DNA from: a virus
Taxonomy: Duplodnaviria > Caudoviricetes
Length of the DNA: 64,000 nucleotides
Virus record (IMG/VR): IMGVR_UViG_3300037418_002332
Strand: one strand, 5' to 3'
Part shown: positions 34,084 to 44,460 of the stretch, piece by piece
Numbering within the stretch: the stretch's first letter is position 1
Layout: the number at the start of each line of letters is the position of its first letter
Notes under the pieces: generated by a model
What the model was told of the DNA's origin: nothing
Databases searched by the model: none
What the model saw: only the letters and a program-made list of their open reading frames with translations
Translations under genes and position numbers: made by a program

Positions 34084-35973
34084 TTACAATGTAACCAATG
34101 TTCCTGTCACTGAGGATGACAACAGTGGGGATACATTGCCAGTTACATCCAATATGCCAGACTTTGTAATCTGGTTGTTTTTACTGTCAATAATGAACAA
34201 TCTTGGGTTGCTTATCAGTACAATCTGATTCAATGTCTGTGTATAGTCACGTGAATTAGGAGTTACATACAATCTCATTTCAGGTTCATCATCTTCTAGT
34301 GAGGTGAAATACATTGACTTTAGATTTACTTCACCAGTACCATAGTCAACTGTACCAACATTTGCGTTGAATATTCTTTTTACATTAGTATTGTCAATAT
34401 AGAACTGTCTAAGTTTACCAGCACCATCATCTTCCAGATACATGGTTTTATCAGACTGTACCACTTTGAAGCCTGAGCTAGTCAAACCACCAAGATAGCC
34501 ATCATATGGATGTTTTATTGCAGCACCAAATTGAAGTTTGTAGGAGATAGTAGAACCAAATATAGGAACGAATCTCTTTTCCAATTCAATATCAGTTTCA
34601 TTGCCTTGGATTGATCTATCAGCATTATCGATTAGTTTAATGAATGAAGAGTATCTGAAGCTTTTTCCAAAGTTTGAGAGATAGTTCATTTCATACTGTT
34701 GTACAGATAGCTGAATTGAATTATAGATTTCATCTGGAGTTTTTGTTGTTTTGGTGGAATCATATGTAGCACGGATCGTTGGTTTAATGAACGTGAATAT
34801 AGGATCAATGATTAGAGGTTCAGTTGTTACGAGATTCTTGGTGCGCATTGCCGCAACAATTTCATTCTTGGTTACGAGAGGCAGCGCATATCCATCGAAT
34901 GGTTTGATTGATAGAATTACTTTGCCATATAGTGGTGTCCAATGGTCTTCACCACCCCATACATTTACTGATTGTACATATGGGAAGTTGGTATATACGA
35001 AGTTTTCATAGTCCTTGGTTGTTACTAGGCGATTTTGTGCGAAATAACTGTTAGGAGCATTGAAACGAATGGATTCAATTGACTCACGTTCCTTACCATT
35101 CAGTGAACGTTCAACGACTGTTACTTTGGTAGGAGTGTATTTCTGTGTTGCGTCCAAGAGATTTTGAGCGATATAGCCAACTGCCTTGAATGATGCCAAT
35201 CCATTGCCTGCGGCGCCATCAGTTGTCAGATACTCAATATTAATCTGATTGCCATTTTGTAGTGCTTTGCCGAGGACATCATTGCCGAAATACAATTCAT
35301 ATTGTTCATCGGAGTTTTCCTGTATGAAGTACACGTCATCGTCAGGTGTAATGTCAACGATGCTGGACACTGGCTTTAGGAATGTCAGGTCAGATGATTG
35401 GGCATTTGGTTGTACTGAAACAATTAGAGTTGAGATGTCAACATTGCGTTCAAGTATAGGATAGAATGGAGTGGTGTCACTGTATGTATAAACTTGTTTC
35501 AGAACATTGCCTTGGTAGATCGGAATGGTCTTTTCATAGGTGTTGTTCACGTTTACAATTGAGTAATCCTGAATAGTGGCAAATTGGTAATTCACACCAT
35601 CCTTGGTTGATTGGAATATAGATCCCTTAGGGATTTTCAATTGTGGTGGATTACCAGCAGGTTGGAACTGGACTGATACACGAGCAACAGCAGCTGTAGC
35701 TGATTTTGGTGTGTAACCGAGTTTCTTTGCGTTCGTTACAACATTAGCACGAATTTGGGCTGTATCAAGATATGTTTCATTGATAGCCATGTTGGTATAG
35801 AATGAGTTCATGTAAGTGTTATAAGCAAGGATATCCAACATGTATGAAAGTGTAGATCCTTCGAAATCATAGTCAGTGAATTCGGTTTTATTTGCGATGA
35901 ATGTCTTCAAATTCTGCTTGATTTTAGAGAATTGAAGATCAGATACTTGTAACTCTGTATTTGCCGAAAACAT
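34084..35973 (-). CDS. gp6: baseplate wedge subunit
   Basis: 'DYDFEGSTLSYMLDILAYNT', 'LGYTPKS', 'FGNDVLGK', 'SIRFNAP...QNRLVTTKDY' and 'GTVDYGTG' motifs. Confidence 0.95.
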   Translation of the reverse strand: MFSANTELQVSDLQFSKIKQNLKTFIANKTEFTDYDFEGSTLSYMLDILAYNTYMNSFYTNMAINETYLDTAQIRANVVTNAKKLGYTPKSATAAVARVSVQFQPAGNPPQLKIPKGSIFQSTKDGVNYQFATIQDYSIVNVNNTYEKTIPIYQGNVLKQVYTYSDTTPFYPILERNVDISTLIVSVQPNAQSSDLTFLKPVSSIVDITPDDDVYFIQENSDEQYELYFGNDVLGKALQNGNQINIEYLTTDGAAGNGLASFKAVGYIAQNLLDATQKYTPTKVTVVERSLNGKERESIESIRFNAPNSYFAQNRLVTTKDYENFVYTNFPYVQSVNVWGGEDHWTPLYGKVILSIKPFDGYALPLVTKNEIVAAMRTKNLVTTEPLIIDPIFTFIKPTIRATYDSTKTTKTPDEIYNSIQLSVQQYEMNYLSNFGKSFRYSSFIKLIDNADRSIQGNETDIELEKRFVPIFGSTISYKLQFGAAIKHPYDGYLGGLTSSGFKVVQSDKTMYLEDDGAGKLRQFYIDNTNVKRIFNANVGTVDYGTGEVNLKSMYFTSLEDDEPEMRLYVTPNSRDYTQTLNQIVLISNPRLFIIDSKNNQITKSGILDVTGNVSPLLSSSVTGTLVTL

Positions 35974-36374
35974 TAGCGAACTCTTTCTAGAAATACTTCA
36001 ACAGTTTCCTTACGAACTCTGTTAATAGGTGTGAATGTAATAGTGATATTGATGCCATTGCGATCCAGTGTTTCATTATTTGAAATTGCTACATCATTAA
36101 GGATAGCACGTGGTTCAAATTGTAGAACTTGTTCAATTTTGCTTTTCAATACAGACACAAGAATAGGATCGAAGTTTTCAAATAGAGAACCGAGAACACC
36201 ACTGTAGATATCACTGTTGTAGAACTTTTCATATGCGTTGGTCAGGACTAGATTTCTGACTGATCTTTTGATAGCATTCACATTGGTGAGAACTGGTATA
36301 TCCTTGGTAACAGGATGTGGACGGAAGTAGAAATCCACATCAGAATATGCTACTTCTTTAATTTCAGTTGACAT
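35973..36374 (-). CDS. gp25: baseplate wedge subunit, gp25 family
   Basis: 'YSDVDFYF..HPVTKD', 'AIKRSVRNLVLT' and 'FEPRA' motifs. Confidence 0.92.
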   Translation of the reverse strand: MSTEIKEVAYSDVDFYFRPHPVTKDIPVLTNVNAIKRSVRNLVLTNAYEKFYNSDIYSGVLGSLFENFDPILVSVLKSKIEQVLQFEPRAILNDVAISNNETLDRNGINITITFTPINRVRKETVEVFLERVR

Positions 36375-36642
36375 AGAGTTTGGTCTGTCCTGTTGCTATA
36401 GTTGATGCACCACATGTGCGACTGTCATTATTTCGGTGGATCATGTTGCCATTCACCCAGAGTTTACCAGAGCCAGTTGCAGCTGCTGGATTTGGATGGA
36501 ATAGATTATCAGTGTCAGCAGATGAACCGACTACAACCACTTCAATACCACCAGCAAACATTTTGCCTCCTGTATTGTCAGCATGGAGAGCACCACCACC
36601 ATGGCTTTCTGGGTCACCTTTGACTGCTACAAGTTCCGACAT
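36364..36642 (-). CDS. gp5.4: PAAR-like spike tip protein
   Basis: 'GDPESHGGG', 'HPNP...GSGKLWVNG..IHR..D..TCG' His/Cys metal-binding pattern; adjacent to gp25. Confidence 0.8.
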   Translation of the reverse strand: MSELVAVKGDPESHGGGALHADNTGGKMFAGGIEVVVVGSSADTDNLFHPNPAAATGSGKLWVNGNMIHRNNDSRTCGASTIATGQTKLYVN

Positions 36643-36748
36643 ATCTGAAAATCCTTTAGTTCATGTTATTTATTTGAATCATGATTGATCGAGATTCATT
36701 TAATTTCAAGCATTTAAAATGAATCAATGAAATTTGAAGATTTTGGGA

Positions 36749-37294
36749 TTAGATACCCAGAATTGAGGTAAATCCTTGCTCAAATATTCCAGATAAATTA
36801 TCAATTGAAGAAAGTTTGGGAAAAGTATTGTTCAAAAGATTGGTCTTGATAGATTTCTCAGAGAAATTCATGCGCATGAATGATGAATTGCCATAAATTA
36901 ATGACAAACTGTCTGCTCTACCAGACAAATTCTGAATAGTTTTGGCAACATTGTACATATTATTCTCATATCCACGAATTTGGACATCAAAACTCTGACC
37001 GAGATTGGCAATTGATGACAAATTTGGGGAAAATGCTGACTTCAAAATCAAATCTCCACCAAATTCATTCAGTAATCCTTCAAGAAGTCCTTGGGCACCA
37101 AGTTGAAGATTCTTGGCAACTTGCCATGTAGGCAAAGTTGAACTGCCTGGTTTCAAAAATGCTGTGTATTGGGGAATAATTCTACCAAGAACATAGTGAT
37201 ATGCTCCAGATGTTGTATGACCCAGAATCAAATTCTGTGAAAGATTCAATCCTGTTCCAATAATTGTATTGGCATCTATGGTTGTTTTAATCAT
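36749..37294 (-). CDS. hypothetical protein resembling a degenerate peptidase M15 domain
   Basis: 'AKNLQLGAQGLLEGLLNEFGGDLILKSAFS...GQSFDVQ' parallels M15 'NL..LA...LEP.R..FG.PI.ITSGFR...G.A.DI', but the Zn-binding His residues are missing. Confidence 0.45.
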   Translation of the reverse strand: MIKTTIDANTIIGTGLNLSQNLILGHTTSGAYHYVLGRIIPQYTAFLKPGSSTLPTWQVAKNLQLGAQGLLEGLLNEFGGDLILKSAFSPNLSSIANLGQSFDVQIRGYENNMYNVAKTIQNLSGRADSLSLIYGNSSFMRMNFSEKSIKTNLLNNTFPKLSSIDNLSGIFEQGFTSILGI

Positions 37295-37960
37295 TTAGAG
37301 AGAATTCCTTCCAATATCAAATGGCAAGTGTGGGAACACGTTCTGCCCAACTTGCATTCTCTTAGTGAAATACTGAACAACTTCCTTATTCTTACGAATT
37401 ACTTGGTCATCAACTTTCAATTTGTAGAATATTTGTTGATCAAATTTAGATCCTACAGGACTTGCTTTTTCATATGGTTCATTTTGCGCTTTATCCAACA
37501 AAGTTTTTACTTGGCTGGCAGAATCTAACATGTATGCCATCATAACTTCAGAATTGAATGGTTGTCTGCCCAAAATTTGGTTCAATTCTGGAACATAACC
37601 TTTAATTTTGTCAATTAATGACTGGGCATCACCAGCATCTGAACGAGTATCAAGTTTCTTTTCATTGTCCAAAGCATAGATTAGAATTTCAATTGGAAAT
37701 TTTGACTTGTATGCTGCTTTAATTATGTCAGTCAGAACTTTTGGTTTGATATCTTCAGTCAAAAGTTCTTCCTTACTATTGGCATGTTGTCGATTTTGGT
37801 TCAAAGTATTCTTCAAACCAGATTCAGACAATAGAGGATGGTCATAATCTACAACATTTGATTTGACAGATTCATCGGCAGGTTCAGTATGACCTTCTGC
37901 TGTTTGTAATTCCTGGAAGAATCTAGTCATGAATGGGAATTGCAATGAAGTAAAATCCAT
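37295..37960 (-). CDS. hypothetical protein resembling a degenerate lytic transglycosylase
   Basis: 'ILGRQPFNSEVMMAYML...QQIFY...EV' parallels the alphaproteobacterial SLT pattern 'LGR.PT..ELY.AHFLG...N..IFY...EV'. Confidence 0.4.
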   Translation of the reverse strand: MDFTSLQFPFMTRFFQELQTAEGHTEPADESVKSNVVDYDHPLLSESGLKNTLNQNRQHANSKEELLTEDIKPKVLTDIIKAAYKSKFPIEILIYALDNEKKLDTRSDAGDAQSLIDKIKGYVPELNQILGRQPFNSEVMMAYMLDSASQVKTLLDKAQNEPYEKASPVGSKFDQQIFYKLKVDDQVIRKNKEVVQYFTKRMQVGQNVFPHLPFDIGRNSL

Positions 37961-40410
37961 TAAACTGTACCTCCTGAATAATGCTCGAATGCTTCTTGGG
38001 TAGTTGTGCCACCAGTTTTGTTTGCTGAGTTTTTCAAATTGTCTTTGTTGACAACTTTGCGTTTTGGTGGAGCACCCAAATCAGATGATTCAGCACCTTC
38101 AACAGATTTGGACTTGCCTTCACCAACTCTCATGATGTCATCTGCTGTAACCAATGGTGATTTCAATCCAACTTGTGATCCAGCTTCAATATCAACATTT
38201 TTGGCACCCTTGATGGTGACACCTGATCTCCCTTCAATGTTTACATTTTTGTGTGCAAGTATGTCAATATCACCCATGGATTCAAATACAATTTTGTTGG
38301 CTCTGAATTTCAATTCATCACCAACTGATACCAGATAGTCACCGGAAATTAGCAATGAACCATCACCGCCCATGTTAACAACCATTGCACCATCTGATTG
38401 TAAATTCATATCAGATGTTGAACGGATATGCATATCATTTACTGAGGTCAAGAAGTATTTGCCCATGACACCTTGGTAACTGTCGCCATAATTGGATTGG
38501 TAATAGTTGCCATGAATTCTGAAAGCTGCTGAACCATCACCGAACATTTCCAAACCAGTTCCTGAACCAGCTTCAATGTTGACACGTTCAGCACCAGGAG
38601 TGTCATCAAGTTCAATTATGTGACCAGCACGTGTAGACTTGGTATGATTGTATGGATACTGTGGAGCAGCTTTTAGTTCAGGTTCACCAAATGTACCAAT
38701 ATCACCAGCTGCTGGCATACCAGTCATTCTACCACTATCTTTTGCCAAAAGTCTGGTTTGATTAGAATATGAATTGAAACCACGTGCATTCATATGTGTA
38801 CTTGGTTCACCACGATATTCAGGTGTAGGCAATGAATTTGTTGGGTCTTGATAACCACGAGGATTGCCATCTGGAACTGCGTTGCCTGTAGCAAATGCAT
38901 TAGCATTTGCAAGTCTAGATCTACTTGAAGCAGAATTTGGATCACCATGACCGGAATACACTTCATAGGCAGAACCAAATCCCAAAGTTGCTTCAGAAAC
39001 TGAACCAGCACTTGACAATGCGGAAACTGCTGATTTATGTGTTGTCTGAAGTTCATGATCCATGAAGTCAAGTTGTTGACTCAATGAAGGAGTTGCTGTA
39101 CCAGTGTAATTCTGAAGTGCAGTGTATCTATCACCATTCCATTGTGCAATACCATATGAAACTTTACCATTTGAATCGATGGTTCTAGCATTTGGATTGA
39201 AACCAGATTCAGTTTGCAAGTTGCCCATGATACCAGCAATTTGCGTATCGTTATATCCTTGAGCTTTTAGATGGTTATAAACAGCTTCTTGATTTGCTGT
39301 TCTAGTTTGAATTCCTTTGGAATCATTAGGATCAGCATTTTCATCTTTTGATCCTTGGGAAGTTGAAACACCTGACAATCCTGGTTTACCATGATACCAA
39401 CCAGCTTCTGTAATTGCTGATCTAAACCATGGTTCTGATGCACCAAGCCAAGTTCTACCTCTCAATGTGTCAATGTGAATGAAATTCTGTGACCAGTAAA
39501 TACCAAATCCAACAAAACCACGTTTGACTGCCATTTTACCAAATGCTGCTAAATTTGCTTTTGAACCACCACCAATTGAACTGAATGGAATATCAATAGC
39601 ACGACCAGTGGTGTGTGGACCATGAGGACCTGTATGCGCAACTTTCATGTTGTACGCAGGTGTACGATAAGCAGATGTTAATGCAAATTTGCCTTTACCA
39701 ACATCTTCAGTAAGTTTTTCAAGTGCTAGTGCTGTATTGTAATGCATACGCAAAGATGCTAATCCATCTTTACATGCGAAACCATCGGGAGCAGCACGCC
39801 AAGTGTAATATTTGAATCCAAGTTCTTTCCATCTTGGAGCATCTTTTGGTTGAAGATATTGATTGATATCGCCAACTGCTGTCATGGCTCCTTGGCCTTG
39901 TGCAGACTGATTGGTGTATGGTACAGTAGAATCAGGTGATGGATTACCACCAAGTGTAGATTGTCCGGAAGAATTGTTATATGGTGCAGCTGCCTGATTA
40001 TCTTCAGTCGTTTCACCACCATGATAGTCTCCTTTATTCAGGAAACCAGTGGATGTACCTGATGGTTGACCAGGTGCTTCTGGTCTATGAATACCAGGAA
40101 CAGAATGTGTTACAACTGGATATTGGGCATCACGACCATCCATGAAGAAACCATATACCCATGATCCACGTTCAAGACCATTTGGAGATTCACCAACACC
40201 AGAAATAGATGCAGAAGTCGTTGGTGTTAATACCAGTGCCCATGGTAATGCATCTGTTGGTATTTCATTTGTATCTTCAGTGTGGTAATGGAAACAACGA
40301 ACCTTGACTCTACCAAGATTCATTGGATCAACATTATCTTCAACAACACCCCAGAACTTTGTATTATGTTCTAGTGCGTTCTTTTTGATTTCTTCAAAGT
40401 AATTTTCCAT
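37960..40410 (-). CDS. gp5: baseplate hub / tail spike with peptidase M15 and phage-tail-lysozyme domains
   Basis: OB domain 'WGVVEDNVDP.NLGRVKVR...LPWA', M15 'LTSAYR...HTTGRAID...FIHIDT', lysozyme 'IAGIMGNLQTESGFNP...GIAQW' and spike 'YPYNHTKSTRAGHIIELDDTPGAERV'. Confidence 0.93.
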   Translation of the reverse strand: MENYFEEIKKNALEHNTKFWGVVEDNVDPMNLGRVKVRCFHYHTEDTNEIPTDALPWALVLTPTTSASISGVGESPNGLERGSWVYGFFMDGRDAQYPVVTHSVPGIHRPEAPGQPSGTSTGFLNKGDYHGGETTEDNQAAAPYNNSSGQSTLGGNPSPDSTVPYTNQSAQGQGAMTAVGDINQYLQPKDAPRWKELGFKYYTWRAAPDGFACKDGLASLRMHYNTALALEKLTEDVGKGKFALTSAYRTPAYNMKVAHTGPHGPHTTGRAIDIPFSSIGGGSKANLAAFGKMAVKRGFVGFGIYWSQNFIHIDTLRGRTWLGASEPWFRSAITEAGWYHGKPGLSGVSTSQGSKDENADPNDSKGIQTRTANQEAVYNHLKAQGYNDTQIAGIMGNLQTESGFNPNARTIDSNGKVSYGIAQWNGDRYTALQNYTGTATPSLSQQLDFMDHELQTTHKSAVSALSSAGSVSEATLGFGSAYEVYSGHGDPNSASSRSRLANANAFATGNAVPDGNPRGYQDPTNSLPTPEYRGEPSTHMNARGFNSYSNQTRLLAKDSGRMTGMPAAGDIGTFGEPELKAAPQYPYNHTKSTRAGHIIELDDTPGAERVNIEAGSGTGLEMFGDGSAAFRIHGNYYQSNYGDSYQGVMGKYFLTSVNDMHIRSTSDMNLQSDGAMVVNMGGDGSLLISGDYLVSVGDELKFRANKIVFESMGDIDILAHKNVNIEGRSGVTIKGAKNVDIEAGSQVGLKSPLVTADDIMRVGEGKSKSVEGAESSDLGAPPKRKVVNKDNLKNSANKTGGTTTQEAFEHYSGGTV

Positions 40411-41855
40411 TATTGTACACTTCTCGTTGGAATTCGTTTCAATGTATCTTTTGCTTCAACATCAGCGCCAGTGGCTGCTTTATTCTCTGATGCAATTGAA
40501 GTTGAGTTGCCCATGCCAGTTTGTTCAATTGGTTGTTCATATGCATTTTTGGATACATTCATGACAGTATCATAACCATTGGAATTGTAAATGTGTCTGA
40601 CTGACAATACTAGATATTCCCCAGAAATGAACTTGTTAATTTCTTGTTCAACCTTATCTGTACCACCATATTCAGGAAATTGTAAATCAACAACTTGTCC
40701 ACATCTCTTTTCAGAGTCACCAGGAATTGTAATAGTGGCATTAACATTTTCAAATATGAATTTTGAACCAATTTTGTTTTGAAGTATTTCAAATGATTGG
40801 TCAGGTTGATATGTATTTTGTTGTGTATGATTAGTTGGTTCAATCAAAGTAAAACTGTCACCAGATTTGATGTAATCATTGCTATCAGTCAAAAATGCTG
40901 CTGCACGATTTTCACTGGTTTTCTTAAACACATTGTCATTTTCATTGTATTTGTACACTTTTTCTTCATAGAATGAAGTAGCAGGATCTATGAAATTGAT
41001 TTTGTTTTCAACGTATCCCATACGCATGCCAGCATAATAATTGCCCATATTGTGGAATACAAATGATTTGAGTTTCAAGTATTCATATGGTTTTGATGAC
41101 AGTTGGGAAGCACCACCAGAACCACCTGTTGCAGATGATCTTGGTGTACCACCACGACTGAATTCAAAATCCATACCATAGTATTTGTCAATTGATCTAC
41201 CATTTTGCGATCCTTTTGTTCTAACTACAGGATCAATGATTTGATCAGATGTAACAAATCGAAAACCATCTAATGATTGGAAAAAGAAATATGCGTTGGA
41301 CATATAGTTTTGTGATTTAGCATTACGAGTCAACCACAAACATGCATCTGATGGTGAAATATTTGGCACAACATATGTACGAGTGCCTTCAGTTGGATCA
41401 TTTGCTTCACATTCAGCACCGAGATAATCTTTAACAATAGTTTGAACCATTTCTGAAATTGGTCTGTCAACATATGCCTTACGGATACGAGTATTCATAT
41501 CTTTGATCATTGGTGGACTGACACAATTCAACATGTAAGTTGTTTCACGAATGTTTTCGCGTTTGTACTCTTGAATACCAATAACACGAAATGCGTGTTC
41601 AATTGGTTTCAAAAATGCATTACCAGGAGTTTTGAATTTGATTTGAATTACTTCTTGACCAATGATTGGAAATTGTGTGACCAATGCAACAGCATCATGA
41701 ATGACAAAGGATGCTGTAACAAATGGTTTATTCATGGATTCATAGATATTGAATTCCATGACGATAGGAGTGATGTTCGTCTTTCTGCTGCCATTGTAAT
41801 TTGTCAGAATGATTTCATCAATCTGAATACTTCCTGGCTTGTTATACTGTTCCAT
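40410..41855 (-). CDS. baseplate hub protein (gp27-like)
   Basis: 'EFNIYESM', 'FPIIGQEVIQI', 'YFFFQSLDGFRF', 'IPGDSEKRCGQVV' and 'ISGEYLV..VRH'; lies between gp53 and gp5. Confidence 0.8.
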   Translation of the reverse strand: MEQYNKPGSIQIDEIILTNYNGSRKTNITPIVMEFNIYESMNKPFVTASFVIHDAVALVTQFPIIGQEVIQIKFKTPGNAFLKPIEHAFRVIGIQEYKRENIRETTYMLNCVSPPMIKDMNTRIRKAYVDRPISEMVQTIVKDYLGAECEANDPTEGTRTYVVPNISPSDACLWLTRNAKSQNYMSNAYFFFQSLDGFRFVTSDQIIDPVVRTKGSQNGRSIDKYYGMDFEFSRGGTPRSSATGGSGGASQLSSKPYEYLKLKSFVFHNMGNYYAGMRMGYVENKINFIDPATSFYEEKVYKYNENDNVFKKTSENRAAAFLTDSNDYIKSGDSFTLIEPTNHTQQNTYQPDQSFEILQNKIGSKFIFENVNATITIPGDSEKRCGQVVDLQFPEYGGTDKVEQEINKFISGEYLVLSVRHIYNSNGYDTVMNVSKNAYEQPIEQTGMGNSTSIASENKAATGADVEAKDTLKRIPTRSVQ

Positions 41856-42408
41856 AAATCTTTTCAGCTTCCTTCAGGATTTGCGGAATGAAAGACTTCT
41901 CAATTACTTTGATTTGCTTGCGTGCTTCGTTCTTTTGCAATTCATAATTGTAATTTGTTACACGTTCACGTTCAGAATCTACAAGCATTTGGTATGCTGC
42001 CTGATCAATTTCGAATTTCTTTTCAGGAACTTGGAAGCCATCATATGTTGTTGTTTGTTTTTGGAATATTTTGTAATATTTGGCATATGTCGTTTTGGCT
42101 GCTGGTATAGAGCCATATTTCTTTTTGATGTAATCATTGAATTCACGATTTGACATTGGCCATTCAAAATATGGATCAATGATTTTGTTGGTGATCAAAA
42201 TCAACCAATCAAGAGTTTCGTCTTTGTAATATCGTTGAGCAACAATGCCTGGTCTCTCATTTTCACGAATGACATATTTGAACAAAATGTATTTGTTTTG
42301 CAAAACTTTCTCAACAAACTTGAATCGTTTGGTGATATCAGTTGCATTGATTTGGTTATTGTCAAGTAAAACATAGTCTACTTTAGGATAATTGTCGAAT
42401 AACCACAT
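41842..42408 (-). CDS. gp53: baseplate wedge subunit (LysM-like)
   Basis: 'FDNYPKVDY', 'ERPGIVAQRYY' and 'WLILITNKIIDPYFEWP' motifs. Confidence 0.92.
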   Translation of the reverse strand: MWLFDNYPKVDYVLLDNNQINATDITKRFKFVEKVLQNKYILFKYVIRENERPGIVAQRYYKDETLDWLILITNKIIDPYFEWPMSNREFNDYIKKKYGSIPAAKTTYAKYYKIFQKQTTTYDGFQVPEKKFEIDQAAYQMLVDSERERVTNYNYELQKNEARKQIKVIEKSFIPQILKEAEKIYGTV

Positions 42409-43328
42409 TAGAAGTTTGCTCCTTCTTTGGCGAAATCTTGACGAGTCAAAATTGCAACTTCCATTAATTCAAGATCAAGACTCATTGAAGCTGGAACTTT
42501 TTCACCATTTGGACCTGTGATGTAAACAGGATAGCCTTCATTGTGATATGATACTGCCAAATTGGTCATAACTGTTGGTTTGAACTGGAACAAATGGGAA
42601 TCATTTGTAATTTTCAATAAGAACAAATCTGGATATGTATAGATATTGTTTTTGAAAATAGCATCAAAATCAGGTGACATACCAACTTGCAATTGACTGA
42701 TAATGTCACGAATTGCCACTGCCTCTTGATAATTCTTAGGAAACATTTTCCAACCAAATCGAAATGTTCTAAATGATGGTGAACCAAACAAAGCAACTTT
42801 ATATGGATTTCTGGTCATACCAGTAAATGCACTTGTATCTTTGAATATGTCCAAATTGGTCAAAATGCTAGAACCATATGCCATTGCAGCATTCCAGCCA
42901 AAACTCTTCAAATCAGCAGCATCTAAACCAGTTACTGTATCTGCTAATGATTTAGCAATACCACCAGCAGAATAACCATTTGGATTATTTGCAGGCAAAG
43001 CATTTCTGAATTTGTTGATACCTTCAGTTGCTGCACCACGGATGAAATTAGTCCATGTTCCAACATTTTCTGTATCCCAACCAGCAGTGTAACTCTTGTT
43101 TAGATCACTTGGTATTGGTAATGCAATTACTCTTGCACCATCAGCATCGACAAGTTTTTCTTCACTGTCGATATCTTCTTTGGAGTATTTCTTACGTGTG
43201 ATTGTAATCCAATTACCAATTTCGTTATAATTGGATGTTGGAAATCTCAGCAACGATGTATCTGCTGTCGAAGCATTAATCGGTGAGTCTTCAGATGACG
43301 GAGAAACTGGTGTGTCGTCGAAAGGCAT
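42408..43328 (-). CDS. gp48: baseplate tail tube cap
   Basis: 'IALPIP', 'NPYKVALFGSPSFRTFRFGWKMFPKN..EA..IRDII' and 'LELMEV' motifs. Confidence 0.88.
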   Translation of the reverse strand: MPFDDTPVSPSSEDSPINASTADTSLLRFPTSNYNEIGNWITITRKKYSKEDIDSEEKLVDADGARVIALPIPSDLNKSYTAGWDTENVGTWTNFIRGAATEGINKFRNALPANNPNGYSAGGIAKSLADTVTGLDAADLKSFGWNAAMAYGSSILTNLDIFKDTSAFTGMTRNPYKVALFGSPSFRTFRFGWKMFPKNYQEAVAIRDIISQLQVGMSPDFDAIFKNNIYTYPDLFLLKITNDSHLFQFKPTVMTNLAVSYHNEGYPVYITGPNGEKVPASMSLDLELMEVAILTRQDFAKEGANF

Positions 43329-43334
43329 GTTGTT

Positions 43335-43366
43335 CCTATAAATATTTGATCAACATTATTTATAGG
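43335..43366. promoter_or_regulatory. face-to-face pair of T4 late promoters (TATAAATA on both strands)
   Basis: + TATAAATA at 43337-43344 serves gp4; - TATAAATA at 43357-43364 serves gp48; together they form a 10-bp inverted repeat. Confidence 0.8.
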
Positions 43367-43370
43367 CATC

Positions 43371-43817
43371 ATGCGTAGATTTCCAAAACCAAAACCATTC
43401 AAGCCAAAGAACCCATCCAAGTATGTTGGTGATGTACATAAAATCATATGTAGATCAGGTATTGAACTGCGTTACATGAAATATTTCGATGAAACAACAG
43501 CAGTGACCAAATGGGCATCTGAAAAAATAGTCATACCATATGTCAATCCATTGGATGGTCAAGTACATCGATATTTCCCTGACTTCATGGTACAAATATT
43601 GACGAAAGGTCAGAAAAGAAACTATTTGATTGAAATCAAATCAAGTGGTGATACTGTTCAACCAGTCAAAGGTAAAAGAGCCAGTAAAACGTTTATCACT
43701 GAACAGGCAACATGGTCAGTCAATAATGCCAAATGGAAAGCAGCCAAAGCATTTTGTGCCAAACATAATATGACATTCATGGTGCTCACAGAGAAGGAAA
43801 TCAAATTCAAGTTCTAG
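43371..43817 (+). CDS. gp4: head completion protein (TnsA-like nuclease fold)
   Basis: 'FKPKNPSKYVGD...RSGIE', 'WASE...IPY', 'HRYFPDF', 'IEIK' and 'NNAKWKAA' motifs. Confidence 0.93.
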   Translation: MRRFPKPKPFKPKNPSKYVGDVHKIICRSGIELRYMKYFDETTAVTKWASEKIVIPYVNPLDGQVHRYFPDFMVQILTKGQKRNYLIEIKSSGDTVQPVKGKRASKTFITEQATWSVNNAKWKAAKAFCAKHNMTFMVLTEKEIKFKF

Positions 43818-43820
43818 TGG

Positions 43821-43828
43821 TATAAATA
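43821..43828 (+). promoter_or_regulatory. T4 late promoter TATAAATA
   Basis: Exact consensus upstream of gp2. Confidence 0.75.
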
Positions 43829-43851
43829 TTGGTTAGAACAAGGAATTGATA

Positions 43852-44460
43852 GTGGTCGCCAAAGCAAAACCCAAAAACTCTCGAACTTTTGATTACATCT
43901 TGTCTGAAGGTGTAAGAAAAGGACTTGCTCCAGCCAAAACACAGGAAGCCAGAAATTGGTTTCGACAAAAAGCAAAATCAACTCTTGCTACACCATCCAG
44001 TTTGATTCGTGAAGATAGAGAAAGACTTCAAACACAAATCAAAATTGGTGAAATGTATCATTTCTTCTATGATCCAAAACATAAGAAAGAATTGCCATAC
44101 TATGACAGTTTCCCATTGATTTTCAAAATTGAAGAATATTCAGATCGCTTTCTCGGTATCAACCTGCATTATTTGCCATTACCATTGCGTGCCAAATTGA
44201 TGGATGCGTTGTATTCATTGTCAACTAACACAAGATATGATGAAAAGACAAAACTCAAAATTTCATATCAAATTCTCAAGGCAGCATCCAAGTACAAATG
44301 GTTCAAACCGTGTATTAAGATGTACTTGAAATCGCATGTTAAAAGCAGATTCATGAAAGTATATGCAACTGAGTGGGACATTGCTCTGTTCTTACCAACA
44401 GAAAGCTTCAACAAAGCATCCAAACAAAAAGTTTGGAGAGATTCAAGGGAATCAGTATAA
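43852..44460 (+). CDS. gp2: DNA end protector protein
   Basis: 'GEMYHFFYDPKHK..LPYYDSFPLI', 'GINLHYLP' and 'PCIKMYL..HVKS' motifs. GTG at 43852 fits the AGGA SD better than the track's TTG at 43846. Confidence 0.93.
   Translation: MVAKAKPKNSRTFDYILSEGVRKGLAPAKTQEARNWFRQKAKSTLATPSSLIREDRERLQTQIKIGEMYHFFYDPKHKKELPYYDSFPLIFKIEEYSDRFLGINLHYLPLPLRAKLMDALYSLSTNTRYDEKTKLKISYQILKAASKYKWFKPCIKMYLKSHVKSRFMKVYATEWDIALFLPTESFNKASKQKVWRDSRESV

Noticed and set aside
33531-34094. Track ORFs within the gp7-gp6 gap
   Set aside because: No SD, atypical composition and mutual overlaps across the repeats; the region is treated as non-coding, although a small gene cannot be excluded.
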